Part shown: in pieces, positions 58,591 to 64,000 of the stretch
Layout of the letters: each line of letters begins with the position of its first letter
Numbering within the stretch: the stretch's first letter is position 1
Assembly (NCBI RefSeq): GCF_036971445.1
Contig: NC_091472.1
Span: forward strand, 203,856,001-203,920,000
Direction: 5' to 3'
DNA from: Narcine bancroftii
Lineage: Eukaryota
Length of the DNA: 64,000 bases
Translations under genes and position numbers: made by a program
Notes under the pieces: model-generated
What the model was told of the DNA's origin: nothing
Seen by the model: the letters and a program-made list of their open reading frames with translations, nothing else
Database searches by the model: none

Positions 58591-58899
58591 ATATCACACA
58601 GAGCAGGTCAAGAGGCAGAAGCTGTCATTTGTTGTCCTGTAGCTGTCAGGAGTAAGTTAAGATGGATTGTGTTTTTGGCTCCTCTAGCTTTTCGGACCTC
58701 CTCCCCTCCCCCCTCCTCCCCTCTCCTCTCCCTCCCCTCCCTCCCCCACAGAGTGGTCGATCCCTCTACCTGTGTCCCCTACTGACCACTGCCCTAGCGG
58801 CCTTCCCCCACTTTGCATTTCCTTCACTCTCGACCAAGGGCCCCGACCAAAGCCGCTGACCGACAATTTCTGCCCAAGCCGCCAAATCCCCTCCAACAT

Positions 58900-59230
58900 C
58901 TCGCCGTCTCCTCACGTTCCCTGACATCAGCATTCTTCTCGACGCCGTCCCCTCATCCCTAACGCGTCATTTGATAGGTCACAGATTACGCCCAATCAGA
59001 CGGCGCTCTTTCCATCCGAAGAAAGAGTGACCAATCCGAAAAGCCTCACGGTGTGCCCTATATCCAATCGGAGAGCAAACAGTCGAGTCTCCGTCCAATC
59101 AACCAAGTCCGTTGGCTCGGTTGTCGTCTGCGGTCCCGTCCAATCAGCTCGCTCGTTGCGCACGCCGCATTGGCGCCAACTTTGAGAGGAGCGGGTTGTG
59201 CGGCTGCTTGGACGTTATCGGCGGCGAATT
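58900..59230 (+). promoter_or_regulatory. CDC45 CpG-island promoter: CCAAT array plus E2F site
   Basis: CCAAT at 58992, 59031, 59064, 59095 and 59140. TTGGCGCC (E2F) at 59170. Confidence 0.8.
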
Positions 59231-59281
59231 ATGTTCGTGTCGGATATACGGAAAGAGTTCTATGATGTGTTGTTAAACCAG
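59231..59281 (+). CDS. CDC45: CDC45 first coding exon (MFVSDIRKEFYDVLLNQ)
   Basis: Matches recalled human MFVSDFRKEFYEVVQSQ, with a CAG|GTAAGG donor, head-to-head with UFD1 as in other vertebrates. Exon 2 was not found in the window. Confidence 0.92.
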
Positions 59282-59639
59282 GTAAGGGTGGTCGCGGATG
59301 AAACGGCGCTCAGGCCTGACGTGTGATGAAACACGACAGGCTGTGGACGACATGCTGGAGGAGCTCGGCCGGTCCTGTCAGCAACTATGGGTATCAAAGA
59401 TCTATTACCTGAGCCCTTCTTCAAGGAAAGAGCAGAATCCAAACTTTCGGCCCTTTCATGTGGCCTCAACACTCCAGGGTAAAGCTGCATCATTTCCCCC
59501 CTTGTGGCTAAAGGCACACTCACCTGAAGCGCCTCCGGGGTGTCGAGGCCAACCCTCCTCTGGGAGGGATCATCGGAGGAGTGCCGCGCTCCGCCGACGC
59601 ACCTGAATGTGCAGCTGTGAGCAGTTGCCTGGGGCCGGC

Positions 59640-59852
59640 CCCCCCCCCCCCCCGGCGCTGCCTGACCGCTGCCGGCCCCCCTGGCGCTGCCTGACCGCAA
59701 CCCCACCCTGGCGCTGCCTGACCGCAACCCCACCCCGGCGCTGCCTGACCGCAACCCCCCACCACCCCGACGCTGCCTGACCGCAACCCCCCACCACCCC
59801 GGCGCTGCCTGATCGCAACCCCCCACCACCCCGGCGCTGCCTGACCGCACCC
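59640..59852. repeat. GC-rich VNTR, 7 copies of a 27-32 bp unit
   Basis: Core GGCGCTGCCTGACCGC at 59654, 59683, 59710, 59737, 59769, 59801 and 59833. Confidence 0.9.
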
Positions 59853-60689
59853 ACGCTTGGGGCAGGGGCGAACATCGGGGAGATGCTAGTATGGGCTGTT
59901 ACAACACAGCTGGCCACTCTGAAGCTCAAAACACGGCATAGCAATGACGGTGTTTCTTACCCATAATTCCCCAAGCAGCTGGAACTGTTGTGGGAAACAC
60001 AGCAGTTCCATTTGCGTGAGGGATTGTGGGTATGGGAGACCGTCATTGTTATGCTGCATTTTTATGACGGGTGACACTGCGGCACCAGTCACCAAGCCTC
60101 CATCAGATCTGATGATGCCTCTGGATGTAAATAGGCCTTTTCAGGTGGACCAGTTAATGCTGTAGCAGCCTTTTAGGGCTGCCACTTGAAAGGAGGTCCA
60201 CAAGTTAAGATCTGCTCCGGCCGCAAGGCGAAGGGTCCACCTTAAAGGGCTTAATGAGGGAGGAGTCGAGACCAACAAAAGGTGTTGATATAAGGGACGA
60301 GGTAAGAATTGATCCGTTTTGTACGAAAGGAGACAGGGAAGGGAGTGCAGATATGTTTTTTTACATTTAAATAATGTTATTTTTGTAATCAATTTTTGCA
60401 CATACTTTCCAGAGTGGCCGTTCACACAGAACAACCTATGTACGGATATAGCTGCATGTTTAGACTAAGTACCTTGCGTGCAGTACTTATGTAGGCTGGA
60501 TGTAGGTCGACGTTGCCCGTTACATCATATTCCTTAGCCCATTGTTGTGGATCACTTGCAGTTCAGTTTAGGTGCCACATGTAAAAATTTGGAATGGGAA
60601 TGAGTCACTCATTTCCATTCCAATCTTTTTCCACAGACTACATTCTGGGAATTTGGGAATAATTTCTCAGAATACAGCAGCTGTGTGGG

Positions 60690-61000
60690 GGGGGAAAAAA
60701 AGACAAATGGTAGGGAAAGGTGATGGGGGAAGAAGTGAAGGGGGCATTTTAATGAAAGTCAAAGAAGTCAATATTAATGCCATCCAGTTGGAGGCTGCCC
60801 AGTTGGAAGATGAGGTGTTGTTCCTCCAATTTGTGGCACTGTCTGGCAGTGCATGATACCATGGACAGATGTGTCGATGAGGGAATGGGATCAGGAATTG
60901 AAATGGGTGGCCACTGGGAGTATTGCTACGGACAGAGCCGAGGTGCTCAACAAAGCGATCTCCCAGTCTCTCAGATGTCGAGGAGACCACAACAGGAGCA
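60690..61000 (-). mobile_element. Penelope-like fragment
   Basis: ERLGDRFVEHLGSV on the minus strand. Confidence 0.7.
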
Positions 61001-61262
61001 CACCTTGGTCAATTGTGGCTTCATCTTCTGCACTGCATGGCTTCCTAATGATTGTCTGGAGGAACTCTGCCGATCTCACAGCTAAAGATATATTTGATTT
61101 CAGATTTATTGTCAAGAGTACATTCTTGACATCACATACAACCCTGAGATTCTTTTTTTCTGTGGGCGAGGCTGAATTGCCACGTTGGTAGTGCAAAAAA
61201 AAAGCTGAACACATTGTATACATGTATTAGTGACATTTCAGACATGAGCCCTTCCTCAAGGT

Positions 61263-64000
61263 TGTGAACTGGGATTCACTAGAAGTGTGCTGTCTTAACA
61301 ATTGGTCTCATCTCCTGGCTGCTCCCCCGGGGGCCCATATATAATCTTGGTTTCCTGCCTAAACCCAGAACCCCTCTGAAGCCTGTTCATGAACCCTACA
61401 TGTGTTGTAAGCTAATAAAAGCATTAGTTTTCCCTCCAGTCAAGTGTGAGCTTTAACTATGCTATAAATTTATTAACTTACAAACAAGGATGGAGCCGTT
61501 ATTCAAGCCCAGTAGGCAGTTCATAGACCCTCCCCCCAGTCCCCCGACACGGCTGAGGAGTTCGCTCATTGGCTATACTCGCTCATTGGCTATACTACTT
61601 CCACGCCTACCTGAACGCGTCCAGGGATGTCTTCCAAACAGATGAACTCCGGAGGTTGGCACTCATCTTGAGGGTAGGGATAAAGGGGTACGCAGTCGTC
61701 CAAGACTGCCCGACGTACAAGGCCACTGTTGAGGCACTTAAGGCCCCGATCAAGGTCCTAGCGAGGCACCAGTTCGCCCTAGGCTGCCATCGGCCCAGAG
61801 AGTTGACTGATGACTACCTGCTAGATCTGCAGACACTGGCTAAGAAGTGCAGGTATGAGGCTGCTTCGGGCTGTGTCCAGGAAGATGAACAGATCCGGGA
61901 CACCCTCGTCGTAGGGGTCTGCTCAAAGTATGAGAGGCAATGACTGCTCGAGTCGGGAAGAAAGCAGCTCACTAGCCACGTTGAGCTGGCCAAATCACTG
62001 GAACAGGCCAGTCTCAAGAACTACGACCTTGATGCCAGCGAACTTGCAGTTTCGGATGAGTACCTCCAAGTACCAGCTGCTCTCTCGATGGTGGCCCCTG
62101 CTCTAATGGCTGCCGCTTTCCAAGCCCGAGAATGCTTTATCTGCAGCAAGGGACAGCACTCCTGTGCCCACTGCCTGGGCAAAGACTCGGCATGGTCCAG
62201 CTGTGGGAAGAAGGGACATTGGGCGAGGGTCTGCTGTGCGAAGGGAGGTCCGGGGAAGTCTATGGCCTGTACCGCTCATGGATCAGATTCCAGTCCCAAG
62301 CCCTCTGCCTCAGACTTGCTCGAGGTTACTTGCTGCGCATCATGCCGCATACGGAAACGGCGCGAAAAGGCTCGGTGGCCATCTTGCAGCAGCTCGATTT
62401 TGAATTCAGCGCCATCATCATTGTCAGAGGAGGAAGGATGACGGCCATCTTGCCGCGCCACAAGGTCAGCACCATCTTGCCTGCACGGGTCAACTCAGGA
62501 TGGAGGGGGCCACTTGAGGGAAGAACATGGCGTCTCTGGCAACCTGGCATCGCTGGTCCTCGACCAGAATAGACCTCGCCAGCTCAGCGACTTGATGGTG
62601 ACGGTGAAGGTAAACGGACATTCGACCAAGTGTCTGCTTGACACCGTCTCCATGGAAAGTTTCATAGACTCACGGACTGTGCAAAAATATGACTTAAAAT
62701 GTACCCTAATTAAGAATCTTCCTAGCATCCCAGTCCCATTTGGCGCGTGTTCAGAAACATTGTATAGTTCATTTGTCATTTGAAGGGGGGGAATTTAGTA
62801 AATTTCGCATGTACATTGTAGATGAATTGTGTGCTCTGATATTGTTGTGCCACCTTAAAAGTGTGACCTTGGAGTTTTCTGGTCCCCTTCCCTCAGTAAC
62901 AGTTTGGAATGGAGGGCCCTCAAAACCAGGACCCACTTGCAGCCTCTCCACCCTGAACATCGACCCCCACCTCTGTTCCCAAACCTGTCTGCTGACTAAG
63001 CTCATCGCCACAAAGAGCAGGAGGTACAGTGTGGCAGTCAGGGAGTTTATAAAGTCGGAGACCCAGCCCCTGCTGGAGGAGGGGATCATTGAACCCAGTA
63101 CCAGCCCGTGGAGAGGGCAAGTGGTGGTTGTAAAGGGGGAAAACAAGTCCAGGTCAGTGATTGACTATAGACAAATAATTCACTGATACACACTCGCATT
63201 TCGGGTATCGCGCACTATCGGGTCTATTCAACTATCGACCTGAAAGCTGCCTGTCACCAGCTGCCAATCCGTTCAGAGGTCTGCCTGTTCACAGCATTTG
63301 AGGCTATCAGTTCTGGAGGGTCCCTTTCGGTATTACCATTGGGGTGTCTATTATCTGTAAGGCTGTCTATTATCCAGCGGCAGATGGACAGGGTGGTGGA
63401 CGAGTACGGGTTAAAGGCTACCTTCCCCTACTTCGACAATGTCAGCATCTGTGGTCCCCACAGTGGAAGACCATGATGCCAATTTCCAGAACTTTCTTCA
63501 CGCGGCAAGAGTCCTGAATCTCATTTACAATTCTGACAAGTGTGTATTCAGGACTACACAACTGGCTATCCTTGGCTACGTGGTGGAGAATGGTGTCATT
63601 GGCCCTGACCCTGCTAGGATGTGCCCCCTTTTAGAGCTTCCCCTCCCCAGAACCACAAAGGCTTTGAGGAGATGCCTGGGGTATTTTTCATATTACGCCC
63701 AGTGGGTCCCTCAATACGCCGACAAGGTTTGTCCCCTCTTAAAGGCCACCACTTTCCCCCCTTTCAGCCGAAGCCCAGACAGCTATTAGTTACCTTCGAA
63801 GTTACATTGCAAAAGCCGCCATGCATGCGGTAGACGAAAATGTATCTTCCAGTGGAAAGTGATGCTTCGGTCGTAGCCCTGGTCGCTACTCTCAATCAGG
63901 CAAGCAGGCTGGTTGCCTATTCTCACGGATGCGTCAAGGCCACGAGCTCTGGAACCCATCTGTGGAAAAGGAGGCTTAGTCTATTGTATATGCCGTAAGG
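61263..64000 (+). mobile_element. Decayed Gypsy LTR retrotransposon (5' LTR, gag, protease, RT, start of RNase H), runs off the window
   Basis: LTR-like 61263-~61466 with AATAAA. gag has CFICSKGQH and CGKKGHWARVC; protease CLLDT; RT has IIEPSTSPW, VIDYRQ, PYFDNV, CLGYFSYY. Multiple frameshifts and stops. Confidence 0.85.

Noticed and set aside
59260-59944. 196-aa and 124-aa minus-strand ORFs
   Set aside because: Artefacts of the GC-rich VNTR and CpG island.

Overview
Vertebrate genomic DNA. The repeat landscape (CR1, Rex1/L2-like, Penelope, RTE, tRNA-derived SINEs, Gypsy, Tigger/hAT MITEs) suggests a cartilaginous fish; this is an inference. The window holds part of the block syntenic to human 22q11.21. 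It contains the first coding exon of C22orf39 (- strand, 7835-7858) and a complete 12-exon UFD1 (- strand, 50018 to 14586; 924 nt CDS, 307 aa, with a U12-type intron 5). It also contains the first coding exon of CDC45 (+ strand, 59231-59281), head-to-head with UFD1 but about 9.2 kb away. The standout is an intact, intronless, full-length PEX7 retrocopy (321 aa ORF, UTRs, AATAAA, poly(A), perfect 17-bp TSD) inserted antisense in UFD1 intron 4, inside an older LINE. Also present: a near-complete Gypsy element with TSD in C22orf39 intron 1, a decayed Gypsy in CDC45 intron 1, solo LTRs, an ORF2-deleted L1, nested insertions with a local inverted duplication, and many Penelope-derived hammerhead-like motifs and fold-back hairpins. 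All calls were made by eye, and protein comparisons were from memory; no searches were run.
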